A stretch of DNA of 49,041 bases, from positions 1 to 49,041 of the forward strand of contig JBGGMJ010000058.1 of assembly GCA_041288095.1 (NCBI GenBank), given 5' to 3'. Source of the stretch: Myxococcota bacterium (lineage in GTDB: Bacteria > Myxococcota > XYA12-FULL-58-9 > JALHOP01). Under the pieces are notes generated by a model. That model searched no databases, had not been told where the DNA came from, and saw nothing but the letters and a program-made list of their open reading frames with translations. Below, one piece after another: positions 8,662 to 18,662 of the stretch; within the stretch, counting starts at the first letter, position 1; each line of letters opens with the position of its first letter. The position numbers were made by a program, and so were the translations under genes.

Positions 8662-9771
8662 ATGGCCATCAACATCGGCATCGTCGGCCTTCCGAACGTC
8701 GGTAAGTCCACCCTCTTCAACGCCCTCTCGGCCGCGGGCGCGGAGGCCGCGAACTTCCCGTTCTGCACCATCGAGCCCAACGTCGGCGTCGTGCCGGTGC
8801 CCGACGAGCGCCTCTCGAAGCTCTCGGTGCTCTACAAGTCCGAGAAGCTCGTGCCCACGAGCCTCGAGTTCGTCGACATCGCCGGCCTGGTGAAGGGCGC
8901 CTCGAAGGGCGAAGGCCTCGGCAATCAGTTCCTCTCACACATCCGCCAAGTGGACGCTATAGCGCACGTGGTGCGCTGCTTCGACGACAGCAACATCGTG
9001 CACGTCGACGGCTCCATCGACCCCATCCGCGACGTCCAGACGATCAACACCGAGCTCGCTTTAGCGGACCTCGCCACGGTCGAAAAGCGCATCGAGCGCA
9101 CCAACAAGCTGGTGAAGTCCGGCGGCAAGCAGGGCGATGAAGCGCGCGCGGAGATGGCGCGACTCGAAGCCTTGCAGAAGCACTTGAACACCGGCGCCGC
9201 GGCGCGTGGTCTCGCCATCGACGATGACGGCAAGAAGCTCATCCGCGAGCTCTTCCTGCTCACCGGTAAGCCGATCATTTACGTGGCGAACCTAGCCGAG
9301 GGTACGGTCACCAAGCCCGAGACCGTCCCCTACTTCCAGAAGCTCACCGAGCTGGCCAAAGCGGAAGGCGCGCCGGTCATCCCGATCAGCGCCGCCATCG
9401 AAGCCGAGGTCTCGCAGCTTCCCGACGCTGATCGCGCCGACTACCTGGCGTCGATGGGTCTCACCGAGCCGGGCCTGCACAAGATCATCCGCGAGGGTTA
9501 CCGCGTGCTCGGCCTCATCACCTATCTCACCGCCGGTCCACAGGAGACCCGGGCCTGGACGATTCGCGAGGGCACCAAGGCGCCCGGCGCCGCCGGTGTC
9601 ATCCACACCGACTTCGAGCGCGGCTTCATCAAGGCCGAGGTCATGCGCTGGGAAGACCTGGTCGAGCTCAAGACCGAAGCCGCCGTGAAGAGCGCCGGCA
9701 AGATGCGCGTCGAGGGTAAGGAATACGTGGTGCGCGACGGTGACGTCATGCACTTCCGCTTCAACGTGTGA
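8662..9771 (+). CDS. ychF: Redox-regulated ATPase YchF (Obg family)
   Basis: GIVGLPNVGKSTLFN, NFPFCTIEPN, DIAGLVKGAS, C-terminal TGS domain ending MHFRFNV. Confidence 0.97.
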   Translation: MAINIGIVGLPNVGKSTLFNALSAAGAEAANFPFCTIEPNVGVVPVPDERLSKLSVLYKSEKLVPTSLEFVDIAGLVKGASKGEGLGNQFLSHIRQVDAIAHVVRCFDDSNIVHVDGSIDPIRDVQTINTELALADLATVEKRIERTNKLVKSGGKQGDEARAEMARLEALQKHLNTGAAARGLAIDDDGKKLIRELFLLTGKPIIYVANLAEGTVTKPETVPYFQKLTELAKAEGAPVIPISAAIEAEVSQLPDADRADYLASMGLTEPGLHKIIREGYRVLGLITYLTAGPQETRAWTIREGTKAPGAAGVIHTDFERGFIKAEVMRWEDLVELKTEAAVKSAGKMRVEGKEYVVRDGDVMHFRFNV

Positions 9772-9791
9772 TCGCCGTGCTCGTCGAGCAC

Positions 9792-9819
9792 GAAACACCT
9801 GGCGCCAGGCGTCGATAAC
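9792..9819 (+). promoter_or_regulatory. Sigma-28-like promoter GAAA-N15-GTCGATAA
   Basis: 7/8 match to GCCGATAA with canonical 15-nt spacing, about 45 nt upstream of ATG 9864. Confidence 0.5.
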
Positions 9820-9863
9820 TTCGACCGCCCGATTTCCACCGGGCAAATCCCACCAAGGCCGCC

Positions 9864-12200
9864 ATGCAATCCACACGCCGCTCATCGGGGTCCACCCCCG
9901 ATCTACGCACCCTTTTGACCACCGCCGCGCGTCTCGAGCTCCCTGCCGCGGAGCCCTCGCGACGGGCGCGCCCTCTGGACGGCGTCGACGTCCCCGGGAA
10001 GAAGCGCGGCAAGAAGGCCAAGCACCAGCAGCGCCTGAGCGCCGGCTTCGCGGGAGCGGCGGCCGCCCTCGACCTCAAGGTGCTCCTCGCGCAGCTCGGT
10101 GCGCAGATCGCGTTCGAGGCGACCTACCCCAAGACGGAGCGCGGCGACGTCGTCGACGACTACCACGGCGTCAAGGTTCCCGACCCCTACCGCTGGCTCG
10201 AGGTCGCGGGCGCCAAGCGCAACGCCTGGGTGGACGAACAGAACGCCTTTACCCGCTCGCACATCGACAAGCTGCCGGCGCGCAAGCTGGTCGCCGATTG
10301 GCTCGAGCGCAGCTTCGCCGTCGGCGAGAAGTCGCGCGAGCGCAAGGTGAAGGACTTCACCTTCTTCACGGAGCGCAAAGGCGGCGAGCACCAGGCCTCG
10401 CTCTTCGTGAAGGACAAGCAAGGCAAGGTCACCTGCCTCGTGAATCCAGCCGCGCTCGACCCCAGCGCCACGATGCACGTGAGCTCCTGGTCGGTGAGCC
10501 CGGACGGCACCAAGGTCGCGTACGCTTTGAACGACAACGGCTCGGACTGGGCCACCTGGCACCTCGTCGACGCGGCGAGCGGCGAAAAGCTCCCCGACGT
10601 CATCGAATGGACCAAGACGAACAGCATCGAGTGGCTCCCTGACAGCTCCGGCTTCCTCTATGGCGGACTGCCGGCGCCGGAACCGGGCAAGGAGCTCCAG
10701 GAAGTCGTCCACGACTACACCGCGCGCTTGCACAAGGTCGGCACGCCGCAGAGCGCCGACACCATCCTGATGGCGACGCCCGAGGCGCCCGACACGCTGC
10801 ACGAGCCGTCGCTCTCCGACGACGAGAAGTGGCTCATCGTCAGCAGCGGCGACATGCGCACCGGCAAGTCGCGTATCGCGGTCCGCCCCATCGATGACAT
10901 GAACGCGCCGTTCCGCACCGTGCTCGAATCGAGCGACGCGGAATACCAGGTGCTCGGCGGCAGCGGCAGCGTCGTCTATCTGCTCACCGACGCGGAGGCG
11001 CCGAACGCCCGCCTGGTGGCCATCGACCTCGCCGAGGACAAGCCCGTGGTCCGCGAGCTCTTGCCGCAGGACCCGCAGATGACCCTCGACGGCGCGACAG
11101 TCGTCGGCGAGCGCATTTACGCCCGCTACCTGAACAACGGCACCGCGGCGCTCCGCGTGTTCCACAAGGGTTCGCTCGAGCGGACCATCGACCTGCCCGA
11201 TCGCGGCACCGTGTCGGCGTTCTGGGGCGACCCCGAAGGCAAGAAGGTGCAGTTCACCTTCCAGAACCACTACACGCCCGAAATCGAGTACGCGGTCGAC
11301 ACCGAGACCGGCAAGCGCCGCATCACCCGGCCGTCACCCATCGGCGTCGATCCCGCCGACTACGTGACCACCGAGAGCTTCTTCAAGAGCACCGACGGCA
11401 CCATGGTGCCGGTGTTCATCACGCAACGCCGCGACACGCCGCGCGACGGCAACGCGCCGACGCTGCAATACGCCTACGGGGGCTTCCGCAATAGCGTGAC
11501 GCCGACGTACTCGCGCCGCTTCCATGCTTGGCTCGAGATGGGTGGCATCGTCGCGGTGCCGCAGCTGCGTGGTGGCCGCGAGTTCGGCGAAAACTGGCAC
11601 AAGGGAGGCTCACTCGGCCGCAAGCAAAACGTCTTCGAGGATTTCAAGGCCTGCGCCCGCCACCTCGTCGAGCAGCGCTACACGCGTCACGACCGCCTCA
11701 CCCTCGCGGGCGCCTCGAACGGCGGTCTGCTCGTCGCCGCCACAGTCGTTCAAGATCCGTCGATTGCGGCGGCTGGCCTCGTCGGCGTCGGCGTTCACGA
11801 CATGCTGCGCTACCACCTTTGGACTTGGGGTCCCGGCTGGATCCCGGAGTACGGGGTCTCCAGCAACCCGCAACAGTTCCCATTCCTGCACGCGTTCTCC
11901 CCGCTGCATAACGTGCGCAAAGGGGTGCGCTTTCCCGGTTTGCTCGTCGAGACCGGTAACCACGACGACCGCGTCGAGCCGAGCCACAGCTACAAGCTGC
12001 TAGCGGCGCTCCAAGCCGCGCAGGCGGGCCGCGCGCCGACGCTGCTCCGTGTCGACAAGGACACCGGTCACGGCTCCGGCAAGCCGGTCGGTAAGGTCAT
12101 CGACCAGACCGCCGACGAAATCGCGTTTGCTCTCAATGAGATGAACGCGAGCGCCTACGCGGCGAACCTCACGCGGGGGAAGCTTTCGCGCGTCGCGTGA
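9864..12200 (+). CDS. Prolyl oligopeptidase (S9A) with ~85-aa atypical N-terminal extension
   Basis: VDDYHGVKVPDPYRWLE, YAYGGF, nucleophile GASNGG, HDDRV, TGHGSGK. Confidence 0.92.
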   Translation: MQSTRRSSGSTPDLRTLLTTAARLELPAAEPSRRARPLDGVDVPGKKRGKKAKHQQRLSAGFAGAAAALDLKVLLAQLGAQIAFEATYPKTERGDVVDDYHGVKVPDPYRWLEVAGAKRNAWVDEQNAFTRSHIDKLPARKLVADWLERSFAVGEKSRERKVKDFTFFTERKGGEHQASLFVKDKQGKVTCLVNPAALDPSATMHVSSWSVSPDGTKVAYALNDNGSDWATWHLVDAASGEKLPDVIEWTKTNSIEWLPDSSGFLYGGLPAPEPGKELQEVVHDYTARLHKVGTPQSADTILMATPEAPDTLHEPSLSDDEKWLIVSSGDMRTGKSRIAVRPIDDMNAPFRTVLESSDAEYQVLGGSGSVVYLLTDAEAPNARLVAIDLAEDKPVVRELLPQDPQMTLDGATVVGERIYARYLNNGTAALRVFHKGSLERTIDLPDRGTVSAFWGDPEGKKVQFTFQNHYTPEIEYAVDTETGKRRITRPSPIGVDPADYVTTESFFKSTDGTMVPVFITQRRDTPRDGNAPTLQYAYGGFRNSVTPTYSRRFHAWLEMGGIVAVPQLRGGREFGENWHKGGSLGRKQNVFEDFKACARHLVEQRYTRHDRLTLAGASNGGLLVAATVVQDPSIAAAGLVGVGVHDMLRYHLWTWGPGWIPEYGVSSNPQQFPFLHAFSPLHNVRKGVRFPGLLVETGNHDDRVEPSHSYKLLAALQAAQAGRAPTLLRVDKDTGHGSGKPVGKVIDQTADEIAFALNEMNASAYAANLTRGKLSRVA

Positions 12201-12278
12201 CAAGCCGGCACCGGGGGCAAGCGCGCACCGCCATCGAGGCCTTGACGATACTGCTGGCTCTTTCCGGAAGAGGGGCCA

Positions 12279-13511
12279 GTGGCGATGCGCCTAGCTTTGA
12301 TTCGTCCGACCGACCGGCCTGCCGAGGCATCCACCGTCACCCACGAGACGGGCTTCGCGAAGCGCGCCCGCCCCGACACCTATGTCGGCACCGGCCGAGT
12401 GACCGTGCGGCTCAGTCGCGCCGAGGCCAACGAGCTCACGGCCCGCCGGTGCCTTTCGCGGGCCCGCGCCGAGCTCTATCGGGTCGCCGGCGGCAGCTAC
12501 GCGAGCGACCGTGTCGATGCCTCGAGCCTCACCATGGAGCAGCGTCTCGCCTACTTCGGCTCGCGGCCCTTCAAGCAGTGGGTCGCGGCGGAGCGCGCCT
12601 GTGGCCGGCAGGTCTTCTGGCTCAAGGACTTGGACAAGACCCAGGCGGCCGGCGACATCTTCACGTTCTTCTTCAAGTGGCGCGCCGATAACGGGATGTT
12701 CAGCGAGAGACAGAACGACGCCCTCAAGAAGTTCTTGTTCGAGACCAAAGCCAAACACCCGTCCGCCATCACGGAGGCGGAGATGGCACGCGTCGCCGGT
12801 AATTCAGCCACGGACAACGCGCGGCTCGTCGTCGAGCTGTGGAAGCGCAAGGAAGCGGGCGGCGAAGGCATCAGCTTGCTCGACTTCTGGGCGGGCGCAT
12901 ACTGGCCGTCGCAGATCGGCCTCACGCGCGCCGAGAAGCTCGAGCAAGTTCGCCAGTTCGCGCCGACCTACGCAGCGAAGATCTTCCCCGGCGTCCGTGA
13001 GGACAACCTCGCTCTCACCCGGGCCGGCGTGAACGTCGTCATCGTCTCGAACGGCGACCAAGAGCTCGCCCAGAGCGTCACGCCACTCCTCGGCATCGAG
13101 GAACGTAACGCCGTCGGCTCACACCTCATCTACGACGAGCACGGCGTGTCGACGGGCGTGAACCACGCCTACGAAATCTTCGACAAGGATTGGGGCGCGC
13201 GGCCGCAAGCGGGCAAGCCACTGAGCTTCCACTATTGGCTGAACGCCAACAAGGAACGCTGGGATTGGCGCGGTCTCGAAGAGGACCGCATCGTGCTCGC
13301 GGGCCGCGACGGCGACTCCGCGTCGTCGGACGGCGGCATGATGATCCTGATGAACAAGCCCGCCGCTATCGGCAACTTCATGATCGACACCCCGGGCGAG
13401 CCACAGCGCCTCGAGCGCTTCGAAGCCCTGGCGCGCAAGTACGGCTGGACCAAAGGTCAGTTCGTGAGGCTGGTGCCGCGCGCCCCGGCCTCGGGCGCAA
13501 TGCCTGATTAG
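12279..13511 (+). CDS. HAD-superfamily hydrolase (phosphoserine-phosphatase-like) with long N-terminal extension
   Basis: Motif I DLDKT, motif II VIVSNG, K in AGKP, motif IV GDSASSDGGM. Confidence 0.7.
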   Translation: MAMRLALIRPTDRPAEASTVTHETGFAKRARPDTYVGTGRVTVRLSRAEANELTARRCLSRARAELYRVAGGSYASDRVDASSLTMEQRLAYFGSRPFKQWVAAERACGRQVFWLKDLDKTQAAGDIFTFFFKWRADNGMFSERQNDALKKFLFETKAKHPSAITEAEMARVAGNSATDNARLVVELWKRKEAGGEGISLLDFWAGAYWPSQIGLTRAEKLEQVRQFAPTYAAKIFPGVREDNLALTRAGVNVVIVSNGDQELAQSVTPLLGIEERNAVGSHLIYDEHGVSTGVNHAYEIFDKDWGARPQAGKPLSFHYWLNANKERWDWRGLEEDRIVLAGRDGDSASSDGGMMILMNKPAAIGNFMIDTPGEPQRLERFEALARKYGWTKGQFVRLVPRAPASGAMPD

Positions 13512-14422
13512 CCCTCGAGCGCGTGACCGCTCCAGCGGACAACGACATCGTCGTCCGCCACCCGTGACCAAGTAAACCCAGCGAGGAGCTCGGCTGGAGT
13601 CGTGGCGCTCGGCTCTCGCGTGAGGCCCGCGAGGCGCGCGAGCAACCCGCAGAACGTCGGCCCGTCGTAGTGCCGCGCCAGCTCGCGCCAACCAACGGAG
13701 CCATGGAGCTTCGCGAGCTTGTCACCTTGCGGCTCGAGCAAGAGGAAGTGGTGGCGATAAGTCGGCGTCGGCAGCCCGAGCAGCCGCTGCAGCATCACCT
13801 GCGTCGCGGTGCTTGGCGCGATGTCGCGGCCACGCACTACCCGCGTCACCGCTTGGGCCGCGTCGTCGACGACGACCGCGAGTTGGTAGGCAACGACTCC
13901 GTCTTTGCGGAAGACCACCGGGTCGCCCATGTCGGTCGCCGGTGTCTGCGACAAATCGAGCCCGCTCTCGTCAACGAGGTGCAACGCCTCATCGGGCAGA
14001 CGCGCCCGCAGGTTCTCCTTGCTGGCGCGCCAACCACCCGCCGGGAGCGGCCTGCCCCGACAGGTGTTGTCGTAGGCGAAGCCGCCGTCCGGGGCCTTGC
14101 GCCCCTGCGTTTTGATGCGGCTGCGCGAGCAGGAGCAGGGATAGAGGACGCCCTCCCGCGCCAGGGCGTCCAACGCGGCCGTGTGGCGGGCGTTGTCGCG
14201 GCTCTGCACGTGCACGGCGTCGAAGCGCAGCCCGAGCCAGTCGAGCGCCTCCAGAATCGCCTCGGTGTAAGCGGACTGCACGCGTGTCGTGTCGAGATCT
14301 TCGAGCCGCAGCAGCACCCCGTCGCGGCGTGACTTGGCGTCCAGCCATGCGAGCAGCCCCGCGAGCAGGGTCCCAGGATGCGCATCGCCGGTGGGCGATG
14401 GTGCGAAGCGGCCGACGCCCAT
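13508..14422 (-). CDS. gluQ: Glutamyl-Q tRNA(Asp) synthetase
   Basis: GRFAPSPTG, LRLEDLD, YPCSCSR, YQLAVVVDD, VVRGRD, KLAK; about 300 aa with no anticodon-binding domain. Confidence 0.88.
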   Translation of the reverse strand: MGVGRFAPSPTGDAHPGTLLAGLLAWLDAKSRRDGVLLRLEDLDTTRVQSAYTEAILEALDWLGLRFDAVHVQSRDNARHTAALDALAREGVLYPCSCSRSRIKTQGRKAPDGGFAYDNTCRGRPLPAGGWRASKENLRARLPDEALHLVDESGLDLSQTPATDMGDPVVFRKDGVVAYQLAVVVDDAAQAVTRVVRGRDIAPSTATQVMLQRLLGLPTPTYRHHFLLLEPQGDKLAKLHGSVGWRELARHYDGPTFCGLLARLAGLTREPSATTPAELLAGFTWSRVADDDVVVRWSGHALEG

Positions 14423-14424
14423 GC

Positions 14425-15216
14425 TCAGGCGGCGGCGGATCGCCGTCGCGGTGCCTCGCGTGCCGGCGCCTTCTTGCGACGCGTCCGCGTTTGCAGACCC
14501 ACGATGGCGAGGTCCACGAGCGCGCGCATCGCATCACGCCCGGTGAGCTTCGAGCCGGCGACGTCGTGCCAATGCTCGAGCGGCACCTCGATGAACGCCT
14601 CGGGCCCGAGCGCCGGGGCACCTGGACCGCCATGGTAGAGCCGCGCGATGAGCTCGACGTCGAAGGTCCACTTGGCGACGAATGGCTCCGCGAGCGCGGC
14701 CTCGAGCTCGGGTCCAGCCCGGAAGAGCTTCGCGCCACACTGAGTGTCGTAGAGCGGCACGTCGATGGCGAGCGACGCCAAGCTGGCGAACGTCCGCCCA
14801 AGCAGACGCCTGGCGGAGGTTCGCGCGATGTTCGCCCCGAGCCGACGTACGCGCGCGCCCATCACCGCCTGCGCCTCGCTGGTCGCAAGCACGGCGTGCA
14901 GGCGCATCATCTCCTCGACGGGCGCCGCGAGATCCGCGTCGAGGAAGCCGATCATTTGCGCGCCTTCGGCGACGGCCCTGCGCATGCCGTCGCGCACGGC
15001 GGCGCCCCGCCCTCCGTTCTCGCCACGGTGCAGGACGCTGATACTGTCGGGTGCCTTCGCCTTCGCCGCCTCGAGAATCGCGGCCGTCGCGTCGGTCGAG
15101 CCGTCATCGACGCAGATCAGACGCATGGCCGGATGACGGGCAAGACGCAGCAGCTCGGAGGGCCGCAAGCGGTCAGCCTCGTTGAAGCACGGCAAGACGA
15201 CGACACATGACTTCAC
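14425..15216 (-). CDS. Glycosyltransferase family 2 (polyprenol-phosphate glycosyltransferase-like)
   Basis: [33 protein letters not shown]. Confidence 0.9.
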   Translation of the reverse strand: MKSCVVVLPCFNEADRLRPSELLRLARHPAMRLICVDDGSTDATAAILEAAKAKAPDSISVLHRGENGGRGAAVRDGMRRAVAEGAQMIGFLDADLAAPVEEMMRLHAVLATSEAQAVMGARVRRLGANIARTSARRLLGRTFASLASLAIDVPLYDTQCGAKLFRAGPELEAALAEPFVAKWTFDVELIARLYHGGPGAPALGPEAFIEVPLEHWHDVAGSKLTGRDAMRALVDLAIVGLQTRTRRKKAPAREAPRRRSAAA

Positions 15217-15287
15217 GCTCCCTGCATCGCACGGTCTTGCGGGCAGGTCACGAGTTGCCGTACGTGCGGCTCTCTAGGAGAAACCTC

Positions 15288-16031
15288 GTGCACAAGCTCG
15301 TCCTGCTGCGCCACGGCCAGAGCCAATGGAACGTCGAGAACCGCTTCACCGGCTGGACCGACGTCCCGCTCTCCGACGAAGGCCGCGCCGAGGCCGCCGA
15401 GGGGGCCCGCGTGCTCAAGGAAGGCGGCTACACCTTCGATGTCGCCTTCACGTCGGTGCTCAAGCGCGCCATCCACACCTGCAACATCGTCCTCGATGCC
15501 CTCGACCTCTCGTGGATCCCTGTCCACAAGAGCTGGCGCCTCAACGAGCGCCACTACGGCGACCTGCAGGGATTGAACAAGGTGGAGCTCGCTCAGAAGG
15601 CCGGCCCCGAGCAGGTGAAGATCTGGCGCCGCAGCTTCGACGTGCCGCCACCGCCGCTGCCCGAAGGTGACGCGCGCTACGCCGGCAACGACCCGCGCTA
15701 TGCCCGCGTCGACGCCGCCCTGCTGCCGCGCACCGAGTCGCTCAAGCTCACCATCGATCGCTTCTTGCCGTTCTGGAGCGACGCCATCGTCCCCGAGCTC
15801 CACAAGAACCAGCGCGTGCTCATCGCCGCGCACGGCAACAGCTTGCGCGCCTTGGTGAAGCACCTCGACCACGTGAGCGACGACGCCATCACCGAGCTCA
15901 ACATCCCGACGGGCATCCCCCTGGTCTACGAGCTCGACGCCAAGCTCAAGCCCATCAAACACTACTATCTCGGCGACCCCGAAAAGGCGGCAGCGGCAGC
16001 GGCGGCGGTCGCAAAACAGGGTTCGAAATAG
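15288..16031 (+). CDS. gpmA: 2,3-bisphosphoglycerate-dependent phosphoglycerate mutase
   Basis: [39 protein letters not shown] before GTG 15288. Confidence 0.96.
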   Translation: MHKLVLLRHGQSQWNVENRFTGWTDVPLSDEGRAEAAEGARVLKEGGYTFDVAFTSVLKRAIHTCNIVLDALDLSWIPVHKSWRLNERHYGDLQGLNKVELAQKAGPEQVKIWRRSFDVPPPPLPEGDARYAGNDPRYARVDAALLPRTESLKLTIDRFLPFWSDAIVPELHKNQRVLIAAHGNSLRALVKHLDHVSDDAITELNIPTGIPLVYELDAKLKPIKHYYLGDPEKAAAAAAAVAKQGSK

Positions 16032-16083
16032 CTGACCCGCGCCCAGTAGCCAGGTGTGCGCGTGTGGGTGTAGATACTGGGCC

Positions 16084-16614
16084 GTGACCCGCACCTACGC
16101 CATCGCCGCATGCCTCGTGGGGTTCGCCTGCGCCGCGCAGCCCAAGGCACCGTCACCCGCCGAGCTATCGAGCGCCGACGCGCGTCATTTGTGCGGTGAG
16201 TACCTGGCCCGCGGTGCCTGCGACGATGCCGTCACTGCATGTGTCGCCGCGCGCGCCGACGGTGAGTGCAAGGAATGCGACGAGAGCCTGCGCGCCGCCA
16301 TCCAATGCACCGACAGCAGAGCGATCGCCGGCGAAGACAACGGCATCGACCCCGAGTCGCGCTATCGCCTGGCGCAGTTCTTCGAGAAGCGCGAGCTCAT
16401 CAACGATGCCTACGACGCGTATGCGGAGGCTGTCCGCTTCAGCAACGGCTCATACAAGCCGGCGCTGTTCGGCGTCGCGCGCCTCGCCGACCGCCTGGGC
16501 CGCACCGACGATGTCGCCGACGCTTGCCAGCACTTCATCGACGGCGGACCAGACGACGAATACGACGACGCGCGCACCTGGTGCGTGAGCCACGTCCGCA
16601 CGGCCGGTCGCTGA
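16084..16614 (+). CDS. Lipoprotein with TPR-like helical repeats
   Basis: Lipobox GFAC; TPR-like SRYRLAQFFEK..AYDAYAEAV..ALFGVA. Confidence 0.65.
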   Translation: MTRTYAIAACLVGFACAAQPKAPSPAELSSADARHLCGEYLARGACDDAVTACVAARADGECKECDESLRAAIQCTDSRAIAGEDNGIDPESRYRLAQFFEKRELINDAYDAYAEAVRFSNGSYKPALFGVARLADRLGRTDDVADACQHFIDGGPDDEYDDARTWCVSHVRTAGR

Positions 16615-16624
16615 GCGTCGCTGG

Positions 16625-17014
16625 TTAGCGACGGTTGCTGTTCAGGAGAGCTTCGAGCGCGGCGCCGATGATGCTGCCGGGAGGGAAGCCGCCACGCAGC
16701 GTCTGCTCGGGGTCGCTGATGGTGATCTGCTCGATGCCGTTCGTCGCCATGTACGCGCCGAGCGCGGCCATGCTGGTCGAGAACTGCGTTGGGTCGACTG
16801 GGACACCGATGGATCCGATGACGACGGCTTGTTCGCGCTTCGCCATGCAGGCGCGCACGTAAAGGTCGGCGATCTGCAGGTCCTCTTTGTCGAGGGAGAC
16901 AACCAACGGCTTCTGGCCGAAGCGGGCGATGTATTCGCCCGTCTTGCCCATGAGAGCGTCGAAAGCCTGAGCCTTCTGCGTAGCGGCGAGGTTCGCGTAT
17001 TCGGTGGTCTTCAT
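16625..17014 (-). CDS. Hypothetical protein (129 aa)
   Basis: GGGAG RBS; GC3-biased codons; no recognisable family. Confidence 0.65.
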   Translation of the reverse strand: MKTTEYANLAATQKAQAFDALMGKTGEYIARFGQKPLVVSLDKEDLQIADLYVRACMAKREQAVVIGSIGVPVDPTQFSTSMAALGAYMATNGIEQITISDPEQTLRGGFPPGSIIGAALEALLNSNRR

Positions 17015-17170
17015 GGATCGCTCCCAGGTTGATTGAGCAGTCCTTTTCGTCACCTCCGCGCCGCAGGGTGCTTACGGCCTTGGCACTTCAGAGAGTCGGG
17101 CCACGCATCCGCTCTGGTGACAACGGATCGCCGCAACCGGCGACAATGAGTGACCGCCGGGAGTGTCTAC

Positions 17171-17647
17171 GTGAGCTCGATCGAAACCAACGGACCGCGC
17201 CCAGCGACCCGAGGCCATAGTCTCGTCCCGTTGATCCCGCGCGGCGGCAGCGCCTCTGCTCACGTCATGCACCGCGGCGATGCTTCCAGCGGGACAGACG
17301 CCTTCGATGCCCTTTCGACCGACGTGCGCATGGCGCTCACGCGCATGGAAAATCAGCGCAAGCACGCCGAAAACAACGATGTCGTGAAGGTGTTCACGGT
17401 CCCAACGCGCGTGTTCTTCGGACTCATCAGGGCCGAGCAGCAGATAAGGTCGACTGACGTCGCCTCGCACCTCGCGCGCGGCGTGCCGGTCACCGTGCAA
17501 TCCAGCGTCATGGAGTGGGCACAGGACTTAGTCAGCAAGCGTTACCTGATGCTGCCGCGCTTGCTGCCGGGCAAGCTTCGTCTCGACAGCGTCGCCGAGC
17601 TGACCGAGTGGGTCCGCCAGGGGGCTCGCGTCCCCAAGGCTCGCTAA
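17171..17647 (+). CDS. Hypothetical protein with Ser/Pro-rich N-terminus
   Basis: GGGAG RBS before GTG 17171 (MSSIETNGPRPATRG...). Confidence 0.6.
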   Translation: MSSIETNGPRPATRGHSLVPLIPRGGSASAHVMHRGDASSGTDAFDALSTDVRMALTRMENQRKHAENNDVVKVFTVPTRVFFGLIRAEQQIRSTDVASHLARGVPVTVQSSVMEWAQDLVSKRYLMLPRLLPGKLRLDSVAELTEWVRQGARVPKAR

Positions 17648-17778
17648 ACAGGCCCCAGCGAGCCCCCGGGGCCCCTTGTCACGCGATCACCGCGTTTGCA
17701 CACAACCGTCCGCTCGCGGCGACGATACTCCCGGAGCGATCATCACACCCGACTACGCGTTTTTCAAAGCGAGCAGAC

Positions 17779-18360
17779 ATGGTTTCCCTCCGTCCTGACC
17801 GCCCCTCCGAGCCCAGCATCCGCACCTACGCTCCGCGGAGCGGCCCCAGTATCTGGGACGAGAACCCCCTCGGCATGCTCATGGCGCTTGGCATCGTCGC
17901 GAGCATCCCCGTGGGCATCGGCGTCTCGATGTACCAGGCCTCTCAGGCGCGCTCCCACGCGCAAGCCGTCTATCGCCAAACCGCCCTCGACCAGAGCCAA
18001 GTGGACAACGTGCGGCGGCTCGACCGCGGCACGTTCATCATCAAGGCCGCGGATGGCCGCGAGCTTCGCGCCCAGATCCGCTATACCGACGCCGACGCGG
18101 AGATGCGGCAGGTGCTGCGGCGCAATCATCGGCCGTTGCCGACCAGCGCCACCGATATCAGACTCGATACCAGCAACCGCGTCGTCCGCTATAACGACGG
18201 AAACACGCAGCGCACCGATCCCTTACCGCCCGACTTCACCGAGACTCCGCGCACGGTCCGCGAGCAGGTCGGGGAAACGGCGGGTCGCACGGCCGTCCAA
18301 GTCGGTCGCGGGGCCGCTCGCGGCGCCCTCGAGGCCATCCTCGGTCGCGACAAGCCGTGA
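17779..18360 (+). CDS. Hypothetical single-TM protein
   Basis: MVSLRPDRPSEPS...; TM segment LGMLMALGIVASIPVGIGVSMY. Confidence 0.65.
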   Translation: MVSLRPDRPSEPSIRTYAPRSGPSIWDENPLGMLMALGIVASIPVGIGVSMYQASQARSHAQAVYRQTALDQSQVDNVRRLDRGTFIIKAADGRELRAQIRYTDADAEMRQVLRRNHRPLPTSATDIRLDTSNRVVRYNDGNTQRTDPLPPDFTETPRTVREQVGETAGRTAVQVGRGAARGALEAILGRDKP

Positions 18361-18662
18361 ACGAGGCGTGCCGCATGGAGGACGACATCGAGGCGGTCAT
18401 CGTCTTGATGTCGCGCGCCCAGAACCCCGGCCACGACTTCGGTCCTGGGGTCGCGGTCATGATCGACGACCTGCTTCGCCGCGCCGGCGTGCCGGCGAAC
18501 GCCGATGCCGTCGCGGTCGGACGCAAGGTCGCGACTTACATGAGACGCTATCCGAACTGGCGTGAACGCCTGCAAGCGCGCGTCGACGAAGCGATGACCG
18601 CGTTTCGCGCCGCTCCCCAGGAGAGCCTCGACCGCGGGCGCGCCTTCCTCAACGGCCGCTGA
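18357..18662 (+). CDS. Small hypothetical helical protein, translationally coupled to upstream gene
   Basis: GTGA overlap with the 17779..18360 stop. Confidence 0.5.
   Translation: MNEACRMEDDIEAVIVLMSRAQNPGHDFGPGVAVMIDDLLRRAGVPANADAVAVGRKVATYMRRYPNWRERLQARVDEAMTAFRAAPQESLDRGRAFLNGR

Noticed and set aside
17651-17673. GGCCCC...GGGGCC hairpin after the 17171..17647 gene
   Set aside because: Short stem without a U-tract; too weak to call a terminator in GC-rich DNA
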